Source: an uncultured Actinomycetota bacterium (GTDB lineage: Bacteria > Actinomycetota > Actinomycetes > Mycobacteriales > Mycobacteriaceae). From it: 64,000 nt of DNA. The stretch spans positions 200,466 through 264,465 of the forward strand of contig CAVRTL010000006.1 of NCBI GenBank assembly GCA_963724165.1, in the 5' to 3' direction. The notes under the pieces are model-generated. The model saw only the letters and a list, made by a program, of their open reading frames with translations. It was not told where the DNA came from and searched no databases. Shown in pieces: positions 46,215 through 57,019 of the stretch. The translations under genes were made by a program, and so were the position numbers. Each line of letters opens with the position of its first letter. Positions within the stretch are counted from its first letter, which is position 1.

Positions 46215-46329
46215 TGCCGGGTAGGTGCGCGACCGGGCACTGGGCGCGCAGGTACTCGTAGTACGGATGGGGATGCGCCACCAGTCCCGGATCGCTGAAG
46301 AAGTTGAGGGATTCCTCGTCGACTTTCAC
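46215..46329 (-). pseudogene. N-terminal remnant of a cytochrome P450
   Basis: LNFFSDPGLVAHPHPYYEYLRAQCPVAHLP resembles mycobacterial P450 N-termini. No heme-binding region follows. Confidence 0.6.
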
Positions 46330-46341
46330 GGCTCGTGTCAG

Positions 46342-46566
46342 ATGCGCGGCCTCATCGAGATCGAGCCGGGCCTGGTGCTCGAGCAGATGGGCCGGGCATT
46401 GCCCGAGTTGGTCCGGCTGATCGCCCCGCTGCCGGCCGTACAGACCTCGGATCCGGAGGCGCCGGCGATGACGCTGGTGCGCCTGGCGGTGTGCCACTAC
46501 CTGGTACGCGGCCACGACGACGATCGACTGCTCGACCAACTTCGCGTGGCGGCGGGCATACCGTAG
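46342..46566 (+). pseudogene. C-terminal remnant of a TetR-family regulator
   Basis: LIEIEPGLVLEQM...LVRLAVCHYLV...DQLRVAAGI is helical and TetR-C-like. The HTH is absent. Confidence 0.5.
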
Positions 46567-46571
46567 CTGTG

Positions 46572-47005
46572 ATGGGACGAGCGGACGCCAAAGTGGAACT
46601 GATCAGCGGCGGCGCCAGCGGGGGGCGCCGCCCAAGCCGAGGCCCTGGCGCCGGCAGGCGCGCAGGTGGTGGTCGGTGACCTCCTCGACGGGGAGGGCGG
46701 ACGGTCACCGAACGCCTCAGCGCGGCAGCGTGTTTCATAGCGGCGTCGTCGGGCCGATGATCAACGCCGACGCCGGATCGACCGTCAACATCTCGTCCGT
46801 GCGGGGCATGGTTGCCCCCCGAACACCACGCCTACGTCGCCTCCAAGTTCGGCCTCCGCGGCCAAGGCTGCCGCGATAGAGCTGCCCGCCAACGGAATTC
46901 GGGGTTTTAGCCGCGTGCGTGCTCTTCCTCGTCACCGACGAGTCGTCCTATGCCACCGGGGCGGAGTTCGTCGTCTACGGCGGCTCGACCAGCTATGTAC
47001 CGGTC
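46572..47005 (+). pseudogene. Fragmented SDR dehydrogenase (3-alpha/20-beta-HSD-like)
   Basis: Fragments in shifting frames: MGRADAKVELISGGAS, AQVVVGDLLDGEG, GSTVNISS, YVASKFGLRG (YxxxK at 46833-47) and [20 protein letters not shown]. Confidence 0.8.
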
Positions 47006-47042
47006 TGGAACACGATCCTGGCCGCGCAGTACTCTGACGGCA

Positions 47043-47813
47043 ATGACCGCCACCGAACCCGTGCTCGTCCACGTCGACAACCACGTCGCCCTCATCACCG
47101 TCAACGATCCCGACCGGCGCAACGCGGTGACCGCCGAGATGTCGGCACAGCTGCGCGCCGCGGTGGAGCGAGCCGAAGACGACGCCGACGTGCACGCCGT
47201 GGTGGTAACCGGGGCGGGCAAGGCCTTCTGCGCCGGCGCCGACCTGAGCGCGCTGGGCTCCGCTGGCACCGAGGGGGCGGAGTCCGGCCTGCAGCGGCTG
47301 TACGACGGCTTCATGGCCGTCGGCAACTGCCGCCTGCCCACCATCGCCGCGGTCAATGGCGCGGCCGTCGGCGCAGGGCTGAACCTGGCGCTGGCCGCCG
47401 ACGTGCGCATCGCCGGGCCGGCCGCCCTGTTCGACGCCCGATTCCAGAAGCTCGGGCTGCATCCCGGCGGCGGCGCGACCTGGATGCTGCAGCGCGCGGT
47501 GGGCCCGCAGGTCGCCCGCGCGGCGCTGCTGTTCGGCATGCGCTTCGACGCCGAAGCCGCCGTGCGCCACGGCTTGGCGCTCAGCGTCGCCGACGATCCG
47601 GTCGCCGCCGCGCTCGAACTGGCTGCCGGTCCGGCGGACGCCCCGCGTGACGTGGTGCTGGCGACCAAGGCCACCATGCGCGCCACCGCCAGCCCGGGAG
47701 CGCTCGACAACGAGCAACACGAATTCGCCATGCGGACCGAGTTGGGGCCGCAGGCGCACACCATCCAATCACCGGAGTTCGCAAGCAGGTTGGCCGCCGC
47801 CCGGCGACGGTAG
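47043..47813 (+). CDS. echA14: Enoyl-CoA hydratase EchA14
   Basis: [29 protein letters not shown] and HPGGG. TACTCT -10 7 nt before the ATG. Confidence 0.88.
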   Translation: MTATEPVLVHVDNHVALITVNDPDRRNAVTAEMSAQLRAAVERAEDDADVHAVVVTGAGKAFCAGADLSALGSAGTEGAESGLQRLYDGFMAVGNCRLPTIAAVNGAAVGAGLNLALAADVRIAGPAALFDARFQKLGLHPGGGATWMLQRAVGPQVARAALLFGMRFDAEAAVRHGLALSVADDPVAAALELAAGPADAPRDVVLATKATMRATASPGALDNEQHEFAMRTELGPQAHTIQSPEFASRLAAARRR

Positions 47814-47877
47814 TGGTCGCACCGCACCCGAAAAAACTTGCGTCACTGTGGTTTCAGTGGTCACAAGGCGGGGTTTC

Positions 47878-47900
47878 TTGTCGGTGGTCGCCGATAGTTT
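47878..47900 (+). promoter_or_regulatory. PafBC-dependent (RecA-NDp) DNA-damage promoter
   Basis: TTGTCGGTG-N8-TAGTTT exactly matches TTGTCRGTG-N8-TANNNT. It lies 6 nt before the GTG. Confidence 0.82.
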
Positions 47901-47906
47901 CGTGGT

Positions 47907-49283
47907 GTGAGTGTTGATCGCGACGCGTTGACCGCGGACTGGGCGGCGCTGGAAGCCGCCTTGGCCGCGGTGGCCGGCCACGACTGCGCCGCGCTGACCA
48001 CGCCCGAGTTGCTGGCCTGGCTGGCCCAGGTGGAAAAGCTGCGCCGCCGCCTGCCCGCTCTCGAGCACACCGTGATCAACACCCTGGCCCGCCAGGCCAC
48101 CCCGGAAGAATTGGGCGGCAAGCTCTCCCACGCCATCGCCGAAGCCACACTCATTTCGCGCAAGCAAGCCGCCCGCCGCATCGCTGAGGCCGCCGACCTG
48201 GGACCCCGCCACGGGCTGACCGGCGAACCCCTGCCCCCGGTGTTGGCCGAGACCGCCCAGCGCCAGCGCCAGGGCACCCTGGGTTCCGAACACGTCACCG
48301 TGATCCGCAACTTTTCTCACCGGTTGCCCGGGTGGGTCGACCAAACCACCCGCGAGCGCGCCGAAGCCGACCTGGCCAAATTGGGCGAAGACATCCGTCC
48401 CGAAGAACTGGCCGGGCTGGCCGACAAACTCGACAACACCATCAACCCCGACGGCAACTACACCGACGACGACCGCGCCCGCCGGCGCGGGGTGATCCTG
48501 GGCGCCCAAGGTCCGGACACAATGTCGCGCCTGAGCGGCTGGATCACCCCGGAACTACGCGCCACGATCGAGGCCGTATTCGCCAAACTTGCCGCGCCGG
48601 GCATGTGCAACAACCTCGACGAAAGACCCTGCATCGACGGGACACCGAATCAAGAGGCCATCGAGGGCGACACCCGTGGACCGGCCCAACGCCAACACGA
48701 CGCCCTGCTCGCCGGCCTACGCGCGCTGCTGGCCTCCGGAGACCTCGGCCAGCACAACGGGTTACCCGCCTCGATCATCGTCACCACGACATTGGCCGAC
48801 CTGCAGTCGGCCGCCGGGTGCGGGTTGACGGGCGGGGGTTCCCTGCTGCCGATAAGCGACGTGATCCGCCTGGCCCGCCACGCCCGCCACTACCTGGTGA
48901 TCTTCGACAAAGGCAAAGCCCTGGCCCTCTACCACACCAAACGCCTGGCCTCCCCGGCCCAACGGATCGTGTTGTACGGCAAAGACCGCGGCTGCAGCGC
49001 CCCGGGCTGCACCGTGGGGGGCTACTACTGCGAAGTCCACCACGTCATCCCCTACGCGAAATCCGGGCGCACCGACATCAACGAGTTGACCTTCGGCTGC
49101 GGCGGGCACCACCCGATCACCGAAAAAGGCTGGACCACCCGCACAAACACCATCGGCGAAACCGAATGGATCCCACCGCCACACCTGGATCGCGGCCAAC
49201 CCCGCACCAACACCTACTGGCACCCCGAAAAACTCCTCCGCAACGACGACGACGAAGGCGACGAAAGTGATTGCGGCAGTTAG
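47907..49283 (+). mobile_element. DUF222/HNH protein of the REP13E12 repeat family
   Basis: [51 protein letters not shown] and [21 protein letters not shown]. Confidence 0.9.
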
Positions 49284-50098
49284 CCCGTGGCTTCACCCGC
49301 CCGCCGCAGCAGCATTGCCGCGTGCTTGAGCACCGGGGAGTCGACCATCTGCCCCTCGAACGCGAAGACCCCGCGCTCGTTCTGGGCCGCCGCCGAGACC
49401 CTGCGCGCCCAGTCGAGTTTCTCCTCGCTGGGCCGGTAGGCCTCGCGCACCACCGCCACCTGGGTGGGGTGGATGCACACGGTCCCGTCGAACCCCACTG
49501 CGACGCCGTCGTCGGCCTCGGCCCGCAGGCCGTCGAGGTCGCGGATGTCCAAATGCACGGCGTCCAAGGCGATCCGGCCGAACGCCGACGCCGCCAGCAG
49601 CGCAGTGGATCGCACATGCCGGGCGACATCGCGATACCCGCCGTCGGCGCGCCGGCTGGAGCTGCCACCGAGGTCGGCCACCAAGTCCTCGGCGCCCCAC
49701 ATCAGCGCGACCGTCCCGTCGGCCGCGGCGATCTCTCTGGCGAACACCGCTCCCCGCGGCGTCTCGATCAGCGCGACGACGTCGCGCGGCGCCAGCGCGC
49801 TCACCTGGGCCGCCGATTCGGTCTTGGACAGCATCACCGTCGTGTACGCGGTGTCGGCCAGAGCCGCCAAGTCCAACGGGTGCTCGTCGGTGTCGGCCGC
49901 GTTGATCCGCACCACGGTGCGCTCGGGGTCCAGCGGGGTGTCCCGCAGTGCCTCGCGGGCCGCGGCCTTATCAGCCTGGGCGACACCGTCTTCGAGGTCG
50001 AGGATCACCACGTCGGCCGCGTCGGCTGCCTTGGCGAAGCGCTCGGGACGGTCGGCCGGGCAGAACAACCAGGCCGGGCCGGCGGCGCGCAGGTTCAT
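49280..50098 (-). CDS. citE: CitE-family acyl-CoA lyase (Rv2498c-like)
   Basis: [30 protein letters not shown] and CIHPTQV. Start is MNLRAAG. Confidence 0.93.
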   Translation of the reverse strand: MNLRAAGPAWLFCPADRPERFAKAADAADVVILDLEDGVAQADKAAAREALRDTPLDPERTVVRINAADTDEHPLDLAALADTAYTTVMLSKTESAAQVSALAPRDVVALIETPRGAVFAREIAAADGTVALMWGAEDLVADLGGSSSRRADGGYRDVARHVRSTALLAASAFGRIALDAVHLDIRDLDGLRAEADDGVAVGFDGTVCIHPTQVAVVREAYRPSEEKLDWARRVSAAAQNERGVFAFEGQMVDSPVLKHAAMLLRRAGEATG

Positions 50099-50589
50099 CG
50101 TCCGCCCTCCGAGTCCGGCCGCTTCTGCACCAGGGTGGTCCGCACCGCCCGCGCCACGACGTCGCCGTGCTGGTTGCGGCCGGTGTGCTCGAGGGTGACG
50201 ATGCCTTCGCCTGGGCGGCTTTTCGACTCGCGCTTGGCGGTGCACACGGTCTCCGCGTACAGGGTGTCGCCGTGAAAGACCGGCTTGGGGAACGACACCT
50301 CCGAGAAGCCGAGGTTGGCGACAATGGTGCCCAGCGTCAGCTGCGACACCGACAACCCCACCAGCGTAGAGAGGGTGAACATGGAGTTCACCAGCCGCTC
50401 TCCCCCGAACCCCGGCTGCTCGGCGGCCCACGCCGCATCGAGGTGCAGCGACTGGGTGTTCATCGTCAGCGTGGTGAACAACACGTTGTCGGCCTCGGTG
50501 ACGGTGCGGCCGGGCCGGTGCTGGTAGGTGGTGCCGATCTCGAACTCCTCGAACCACAAGCCGCGCTGAATGATCGACCTGCCGCTCAC
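50095..50589 (-). CDS. MaoC-family dehydratase (Rv2499c-like)
   Basis: [20 protein letters not shown] and PVFHGDT. GTG start overlaps the fadE19 stop. Confidence 0.9.
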   Translation of the reverse strand: MSGRSIIQRGLWFEEFEIGTTYQHRPGRTVTEADNVLFTTLTMNTQSLHLDAAWAAEQPGFGGERLVNSMFTLSTLVGLSVSQLTLGTIVANLGFSEVSFPKPVFHGDTLYAETVCTAKRESKSRPGEGIVTLEHTGRNQHGDVVARAVRTTLVQKRPDSEGGR

Positions 50590-51749
50590 GACAGCCCCAG
50601 CGATCGCGCGATGAGCATCAGTTGCACCTCGGTAGTGCCCTCCCCTATCTCGAGGATCTTGCTGTCGCGGTAGTGCCGCGCCACCGGATACTCGTTCATG
50701 AAGCCGTATCCGCCGTGGATCTGGGTGGCATCGCGGGCGTTGTCCATCGCCGCCTCGGACGCGATCATCTTGGCGATCGCCGCCTCCTTCTTGAAGGGCT
50801 TGCCGGCCAACATCTTCGCGGCCGCATCGTAGTACGCCGTACGGGCCACGTGGGCACGGGCCTCCATCCGCGCGATCTTGAAGCTGATCGCCTGGTAGGA
50901 GCCGATCGGCTGGCCGAATGACTGCCGCTCGTTGGCGTACTTGACGCTCTCGTCGACGCAGCCCTGCGCCGCGCCGGTGGCCAGGGCGGCGATGGCGATG
51001 CGGCCCTCGTCGAGGATGGACAGGAAGTTTGCGTAGCCGGTCCCGCGGGCGCCCAGCAGGTTCTCGTCGGGCACCCGGGCGTCGGCGAAGGTCAGCGGGT
51101 GCGTGTCCGACGCGTTCCAGCCGACCTTGTTGTAGACCGGTTCGACGGTGAATCCCGTTGTGCCGCTGGGCACGATGATCGTCGAGATCTCCTTCTTGCC
51201 ACCGTCCAGCGTCCCGGTGACCGCGGTGACGGTGACCAGCGAGGTGATGTCGGTGCCGGAGTTGGTGATGAACTGCTTGCTGCCGTTGATCACCCACTCC
51301 CCGTCGTCGAGGCGGGCCGTGGTGCGGGTGGCACCCGCATCGGAGCCGGCGCCCGGCTCGGTCAGCCCGAACCCGGCCAGCGCGCGGCCGGCCGTCAGGT
51401 CCGGCAGCCACCGACTCTTCTGTTCTTCGGTGCCGAACCGGTAGATCGGCATCGCGCCGAGGCTGACGCCGGCCTCGAGCGTGATCGCCACCGACTGGTC
51501 GACCTTGCCCAGTTCCTCCAACGCCAAAGACAGCGCGAAGTAGTCGCCGCCCATGCCGCCGTACTCCTCGGGGAACGGCAGCCCGAACAGCCCCATCTCG
51601 CCCATCTTGGCCACGACTTCGTACGGGAAGCTGTGCTCCTCATCGTGTTTCGCCGAGACCGGGGCGACCACTGTGCGCGCGAAGTCGGCCACCGTGGCCC
51701 GCAGGTCTTCGTATTCCTTGGGTAATGTTCCCGCGGTAATTGTCGTCAT
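50586..51749 (-). CDS. fadE19: Acyl-CoA (isovaleryl-CoA-type) dehydrogenase FadE19
   Basis: [25 protein letters not shown] and QIHGGYG...IGEGT. Confidence 0.93.
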   Translation of the reverse strand: MTTITAGTLPKEYEDLRATVADFARTVVAPVSAKHDEEHSFPYEVVAKMGEMGLFGLPFPEEYGGMGGDYFALSLALEELGKVDQSVAITLEAGVSLGAMPIYRFGTEEQKSRWLPDLTAGRALAGFGLTEPGAGSDAGATRTTARLDDGEWVINGSKQFITNSGTDITSLVTVTAVTGTLDGGKKEISTIIVPSGTTGFTVEPVYNKVGWNASDTHPLTFADARVPDENLLGARGTGYANFLSILDEGRIAIAALATGAAQGCVDESVKYANERQSFGQPIGSYQAISFKIARMEARAHVARTAYYDAAAKMLAGKPFKKEAAIAKMIASEAAMDNARDATQIHGGYGFMNEYPVARHYRDSKILEIGEGTTEVQLMLIARSLGLS

Positions 51750-53719
51750 GATTCCTGATCCTTAATCCGCGCCAGCACCTGGTCGACTTTGACTTGGTCG
51801 CCGACGGACACCAGCACCTCCACCTGTCCGGCAGCCGGGGCGGCCAGCGAATGTTCCATCTTCATCGCCTCGACGACCACCACCACGTCGCCCTCGGCAA
51901 CCTCGGCGCCGGGCTCGACCTGAACGGCGATCACGCTGCCGGGCATCGGGCTGACGATGTCGGCCTGTCGCACGCCCGCCGCGCGGTGAATCTTTTGCTC
52001 CTCGGCCTCCCGCAGGTGCCAGGCGCCGCGCTCGTCGGCGATCCACAGGTGACGGCCCGCCTCGGCCCACACGTAGTCGCGCCGCACTCCGCCCAGCGTC
52101 ACGGTGAGCCGCGTACCATCGAGCTCGGCACTGGCAGAACGGGTCTCACCGTCACCGACCCGCACCTCGGCCGCATCGGGTGGTCCCCACACCGAGACCG
52201 TCTCGGTGCGCAGCGCGGTGTGCATCTCGGTGCGAACCGGCGCCGCACCCCCACCGATCCGCCATCCGGTCGGCACCGCCCACGGGTTGGCGCCGGCGTC
52301 CCGGGCAATTCCGCACTGCCGGTAGAGACCCCCGGCGGCCAGCACATCGTCGGGCGGGGCCAGCGGCGCGAAGTCCGCCACCCGCTCGTCCAGTAACCCG
52401 GTATCGAGGTCACCGGCGCGCACCCGCTCGTCGGCCAGCAGGAACCGGAGGAACTCGATGTTGGTCTGCACGCCCAGAACCGCAGTCTGTGCCAGCGCCC
52501 GGTCGAGCGTTGCCAGCGCCTCGTCACGGTCGGCCCCGTGGGCGATCACCTTGCTCAGCATCGGGTCGTAGTCGCTGCCTACCACGGTGCCGGCCAGCAG
52601 CGAGGAGTCCACCCGCACGCCGGCGCCCGACGGCTCGAGCACCTCCAGCACCCGCCCGCCGGTGGGCAGGAACCCGCGGGCCGGGTCCTCGGCGTACACC
52701 CGGGCCTCGATCGCGTGGCCGCGCAGCTCGACGTCGTCCTGGGCGAAAGCCAGCTTCTCGCCCGCGGCCACCCGCAGCTGCCACTCGACGAGGTCCAGGC
52801 CGGTCACCGCCTCGGTGACCGGATGCTCCACCTGCAGGCGGGTGTTCATCTCCATGAAGAAGAACTCGTCCGGGCGCTCGGCGGAAACGATGAACTCGAC
52901 CGTGCCGGCGCCGACGTAATCGACGCTGCGGGCGGTGTTGCACGCCGCCGCCCCGATGCGGGCCCGGGTCTGCTGGTCGAGCAGCGGCGAGGGCGCCTCC
53001 TCGATGACCTTCTGATGGCGCCGCTGCAGACTGCACTCCCGCTCGCCGAGGTGGACGACGCTGCCGTGGGCGTCGGCGAGCACCTGCACCTCGATGTGCC
53101 TGGGCCGCAACACGAAACGCTCCATGAACAGCGTGTCGTCGCCGAACGAGGACGCGGCTTCGCGGCGGGCGCTCACCAGCGCGTCGCGCAGCCGGGCCGG
53201 GTCGTCGACCAGCCGCATGCCCTTGCCGCCGCCACCGGCGGACGGCTTGATCAGCACCGGGTAGCCGATCTCGTCGGCCGCCGCGGCGAGCTGCTCGTCG
53301 GTCAGCCCGGGCTTGGCCACGCCGGGCACCACCGGAACGTCGAAGGCGGCGACGGTGTTCTTGGCGGCGATCTTGTCGCCCATCACCTCGATGGCACGGG
53401 CCGGCGGTCCCAGGAACACCACCCCGGCGCGATCGCAGGCGGCGGCGAAAGCCGCGTTCTCGGAGAGGAATCCGTAGCCGGGGTGGATCGCCTGGGCGCC
53501 GGTGCGCGCGGCCGCGTCGAGCACCTTGGCGATGTCCAGGTAACTCTCGCGCGCCGGCGCCGGGCCCAGCCGGACGGCCGTATCGGCCTCACGCACGTGA
53601 CGTGCCTGCGCGTCGGGATCGCTGTAGACGGCGACCGACCGGATGCCCAGCCGGCGCAGGGTCCGGATCACCCGCACCGCGATCTCGCCGCGGTTGGCCA
53701 CCAACACGGTTTCGAACAT
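51746..53719 (-). CDS. accA1: 3-methylcrotonyl-CoA carboxylase alpha (BC/BCCP)
   Basis: [34 protein letters not shown] and biotin site EAMKME. An alternative GTG at 53743 is coupled to the accD1 stop. Confidence 0.94.
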   Translation of the reverse strand: MFETVLVANRGEIAVRVIRTLRRLGIRSVAVYSDPDAQARHVREADTAVRLGPAPARESYLDIAKVLDAAARTGAQAIHPGYGFLSENAAFAAACDRAGVVFLGPPARAIEVMGDKIAAKNTVAAFDVPVVPGVAKPGLTDEQLAAAADEIGYPVLIKPSAGGGGKGMRLVDDPARLRDALVSARREAASSFGDDTLFMERFVLRPRHIEVQVLADAHGSVVHLGERECSLQRRHQKVIEEAPSPLLDQQTRARIGAAACNTARSVDYVGAGTVEFIVSAERPDEFFFMEMNTRLQVEHPVTEAVTGLDLVEWQLRVAAGEKLAFAQDDVELRGHAIEARVYAEDPARGFLPTGGRVLEVLEPSGAGVRVDSSLLAGTVVGSDYDPMLSKVIAHGADRDEALATLDRALAQTAVLGVQTNIEFLRFLLADERVRAGDLDTGLLDERVADFAPLAPPDDVLAAGGLYRQCGIARDAGANPWAVPTGWRIGGGAAPVRTEMHTALRTETVSVWGPPDAAEVRVGDGETRSASAELDGTRLTVTLGGVRRDYVWAEAGRHLWIADERGAWHLREAEEQKIHRAAGVRQADIVSPMPGSVIAVQVEPGAEVAEGDVVVVVEAMKMEHSLAAPAAGQVEVLVSVGDQVKVDQVLARIKDQES

Positions 53720-53739
53720 TCCCGTCACATCCATTGCCG

Positions 53740-55326
53740 TCACATCCGGAAGACGCCGTAGGAGACCGGTTCCAGCGGCGCGTGGGCGCACGCGGAAAGC
53801 GCGAGCCCGACAACCATTCTGGTATCGGCCGGGTCGATGATCCCGTCGTCCCACAGCCGGGCCGTCGAATAGTACGGGTTGCCCTGGTCCTCGTACTGCT
53901 CGCGGATGGGCGCCTTGAACGATTCCTCCTCGTCGGACGACCATGGTTTACCCGCCGCGGACAGTTGTTCGCCGCGCACGGTGGCCAGCACCGACGCGGC
54001 CTGCTCGCCGCCCATCACCGAGATCCGCGCGTTGGGCCACATCCACAAAAAGCGCGGCGAATACGCCCGGCCACACATCGAATAGTTACCCGCGCCATAG
54101 GATCCGCCGATCACCACGGTCAGCTTGGGCACCCGGGCGCAGGCCACCGCGGTGACCATCTTGGCGCCGTGCTTGGCGATCCCACCGGCCTCGTAGTCGC
54201 GGCCGACCATGAACCCGGCGATGTTCTGTAAAAACAGCAGCGGGATCCTGCGCTTGTCGCACAACTCGATGAAATGCGCCCCCTTCAACGCCGATTCCCC
54301 GAAGAGCACGCCGTTGTTGGCGATGATCCCGACGGGGTGGCCGTGGATGCGCGCGAAGGCCGTCACCAGGGTCTTGCCGTAATTGGCCTTGAACTCGCTG
54401 AAGGCCGACCCGTCGACCAGCCGGACGATCACCTCGTGCACGTCGTAGGGCACCCGCGGATCGGGGGGCACGACGTCGTAGAGCTCGGCCTGGGCGTGCC
54501 TGGGCTCGACCGGCGCGCGCACCTCCCATTGGCCGGGCTCCCGCGGGCCGAAGGTGGCCACGATGTCGCGGACGATGCGCAGCGCGTGCTCGTCGTCGTC
54601 GGCGAGGTGGTCGGTGACACCGGAAACCCGCGAGTGCAGGTCGCCGCCGCCGAGCTCTTCGGCCGAGACGATCTCGCCGGTGGCGGCCTTGACCAGCGGC
54701 GGCCCGCCCAAAAAGATGGTGCCCTGCTCGCGGACGATGACGGCCTCGTCGCTCATCGCCGGCACGTAGGCCCCGCCCGCCGTGCAGGAGCCGAGCACGG
54801 CGGCCACCTGCGGAATGCCTTGGGCGCTCATGGTGGCCTGGTTGTAGAAGATCCGGCCGAAATGCTCGCGGTCGGGGAATACCTCGTCCTGCCGGGGCAG
54901 GAACGCACCCCCTGAGTCGACCAGGTAGATGCACGGCAGCCGATTGTGCAGTGCGACTTCCTGCGCGCGCAGGTGCTTTTTGACCGTCATCGGGTAGTAG
55001 GTGCCGCCCTTGACGGTGGCGTCGTTGGCGACGACGACGCATTCGCGGCGCGCGACCCGGCCGACACCGGTGATGATCCCCGCCCCGGGGGATTCGTCGT
55101 CGTACATTCCGTTGGCGGCCAACGGGGTCAACTCCAAGAATGGGGTGCCCGGATCGAGCAGCCGGTCCACCCGTTCGCGGGGCAGCAGCTTGCCGCGGCT
55201 GACGTGGCGTTCCCGCGCCCGCTCGTTACCGCCCAGGGCGGCCGCCGCCAGCTTGGCGTTCAACTCCTCGACCAGCCGGCGGTGCTCGTCCGCGAACGAG
55301 GGCGCCGTCATCACAGACGAACTCAC
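53740..55326 (-). CDS. accD1: 3-methylcrotonyl-CoA carboxylase beta (carboxyltransferase)
   Basis: [34 protein letters not shown] and MCGRAY. Confidence 0.95.
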   Translation of the reverse strand: MSSSVMTAPSFADEHRRLVEELNAKLAAAALGGNERARERHVSRGKLLPRERVDRLLDPGTPFLELTPLAANGMYDDESPGAGIITGVGRVARRECVVVANDATVKGGTYYPMTVKKHLRAQEVALHNRLPCIYLVDSGGAFLPRQDEVFPDREHFGRIFYNQATMSAQGIPQVAAVLGSCTAGGAYVPAMSDEAVIVREQGTIFLGGPPLVKAATGEIVSAEELGGGDLHSRVSGVTDHLADDDEHALRIVRDIVATFGPREPGQWEVRAPVEPRHAQAELYDVVPPDPRVPYDVHEVIVRLVDGSAFSEFKANYGKTLVTAFARIHGHPVGIIANNGVLFGESALKGAHFIELCDKRRIPLLFLQNIAGFMVGRDYEAGGIAKHGAKMVTAVACARVPKLTVVIGGSYGAGNYSMCGRAYSPRFLWMWPNARISVMGGEQAASVLATVRGEQLSAAGKPWSSDEEESFKAPIREQYEDQGNPYYSTARLWDDGIIDPADTRMVVGLALSACAHAPLEPVSYGVFRM

Positions 55327-55973
55327 GAAAGCCTCCCGGTGGTCGCCAGTACTAGGGGCGGTTCCGTTTTATCCTGCACCTCGTCGACCGAGACGTCGGG
55401 CGCGGTCTCGACCAGGTGCAGGCCGTCCTCGCGGACGTCGATGACGGCCAGGTTGGTGATGATGCGGTCCACGCAGGCCACACCGGTCAACGGAAGCGTG
55501 CACCGCTCAACGACTTTCGGGCTGCCGTCGCGGGCTGTGTGCTCCATCATCACGATCACCTGGCGGGCGCCGTGCACCAGGTCCATCGCCCCGCCCATGC
55601 CCTTGACCATGGCGCCGGGGATCATCCAGTTGGCCAAATCGCCGCTCGCCGAGACCTGCATGGCGCCGAGCACCGCGACGTCGAGGTGCCCGCCCCGAAT
55701 GATGCCGAAGGAGGTCGAGGAGCCGAAGAACGCGGCGCCGGGCAGCGTGGTCACCGTCTCCTTGCCCGCGTTGATCAGGTCGGCGTCAACGTCCTCGCGG
55801 CGGGGATACGGCCCGACGCCCAGAATCCCGTTCTCCGAATGCACGACGACGGTGACGCCGTCGGGAATGTGGTTGGGCACCAACGTGGGCATGCCGATGC
55901 CGAGGTTGACGTACTGCCCATCCTCGAATTCGGCGGCCACCCGCGCGGCCAACGCGTCACGGTCCCAACTCAT
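55323..55973 (-). CDS. scoB: CoA-transferase beta subunit
   Basis: [12 protein letters not shown] (catalytic Glu), [10 protein letters not shown] and GMGGAMDL. Confidence 0.95.
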   Translation of the reverse strand: MSWDRDALAARVAAEFEDGQYVNLGIGMPTLVPNHIPDGVTVVVHSENGILGVGPYPRREDVDADLINAGKETVTTLPGAAFFGSSTSFGIIRGGHLDVAVLGAMQVSASGDLANWMIPGAMVKGMGGAMDLVHGARQVIVMMEHTARDGSPKVVERCTLPLTGVACVDRIITNLAVIDVREDGLHLVETAPDVSVDEVQDKTEPPLVLATTGRLS

Positions 55974-56050
55974 CTGGCGCCGCTCTCCCCCGCAAGCGGG
56001 AGGTGCCCCCACCTCATCGCTACGCTCTGCATCGTCGCCGGCGTGCTCAT
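55970..56050 (-). repeat. Single long-type MIRU encoding a 26-aa linker ORF
   Basis: ATG overlaps the scoA TGA. Encodes [26 protein letters not shown], whose TGA overlaps the scoB ATG (81 nt). Confidence 0.9.
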
Positions 56051-56799
56051 TCGGCCCGCACCGTCACCTTCTCGATCCGCTTGGCTGGGTTGGGCGCGTG
56101 CACGATTCGCTGCACGAAGATGCCGGGCGTGTGCACCGCGGCAGGCTCGACCTCGCCGGGTTCGACGAGATGCTCGACCTCGGCGATCGTGATCGCGCCG
56201 GCCTGGGCGCAGTCCGGGTTGAAGTTCGCGGCGGACTCGCGGTAGACGAGGTTGCCATGCCGGTCGCCCTTCCAGGCGTGCACCAGCGCGAAGTCGGTGC
56301 GGATCGCCCGCTCGAGAACGTAGGTGGCGCCGTCGAACTCTCGGGTCTCCTTGGGCGGCGACACCACCGCCACCGCGCCGGAGGCGTCGTAGCGCAACGG
56401 CAGTCCGCCGTCGGCGACCGCGGTGCCCACCCCGGCGGCGGTGTAGAAGGCCGGTATGCCCATTCCGCCGGCGCGCAACCGCTCGGCCAGCGTGCCCTGC
56501 GGTATGAGCTCCACCTCGAGCTCGCCGGCCAGGAATTGCCGGGCGAATTCCTTGTTGTCACCCACATAGGAGGCGATGGCGCGGCGAATCCTGTTGTGCT
56601 GCAGCAGCATACCCAGCCCGACACCGTTCGCGCCGCCGCAGTTGTTCGACACCGTCTCCAGGCCGCACACCCCACTGTCGACCAGCGCCGCGATCAGCGC
56701 CTCGGGGATGCCGCAGAAGCCGAACCCGCCGACCGCCAGCGAGGAGCCGTCGGTTATGTCAGCGACGGCTTCAGCGGCCGTCGCCACCACCTTGTCCAT
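56047..56799 (-). CDS. scoA: CoA-transferase alpha subunit
   Basis: [29 protein letters not shown] and HTPGIFV. Confidence 0.95.
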   Translation of the reverse strand: MDKVVATAAEAVADITDGSSLAVGGFGFCGIPEALIAALVDSGVCGLETVSNNCGGANGVGLGMLLQHNRIRRAIASYVGDNKEFARQFLAGELEVELIPQGTLAERLRAGGMGIPAFYTAAGVGTAVADGGLPLRYDASGAVAVVSPPKETREFDGATYVLERAIRTDFALVHAWKGDRHGNLVYRESAANFNPDCAQAGAITIAEVEHLVEPGEVEPAAVHTPGIFVQRIVHAPNPAKRIEKVTVRAE

Positions 56800-56840
56800 C
56801 GCCGCAGCAGCCTCCTTGCCGTCCGGGCGGTCCGGAATTC

Positions 56841-56858
56841 AGTTAATCTTCATTAACT
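56841..56858. promoter_or_regulatory. BkaR operator 1
   Basis: Perfect inverted repeat AGTTAAT-cttc-ATTAACT, fitting GTTA-N8-TAAC. Confidence 0.82.
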
Positions 56859-56970
56859 CAAGGCGGAGAATACCACCGCGTCCACCGCCGCGTCCAGGCT
56901 GGGAACAGCCGCTCCGCCAGGGTCACGCGCGCTCGATCGCACGGAAACGCACCGCCGCCGGCGCGTGCTA

Positions 56971-56988
56971 GGTTAGTGGCGATTAACC
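56971..56988. promoter_or_regulatory. BkaR operator 2
   Basis: GGTTAGT-ggcg-ATTAACC, upstream of the TetR gene. Confidence 0.78.
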
Positions 56989-57019
56989 GGATGGACGAGT
57001 TGTGCGCGGGAGGTGCGTC

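Noticed and set aside
44068-47040. Prophage or integrative element at tRNA-Arg
   Set aside because: No integrase, phage genes or duplicated tRNA 3' end were seen.
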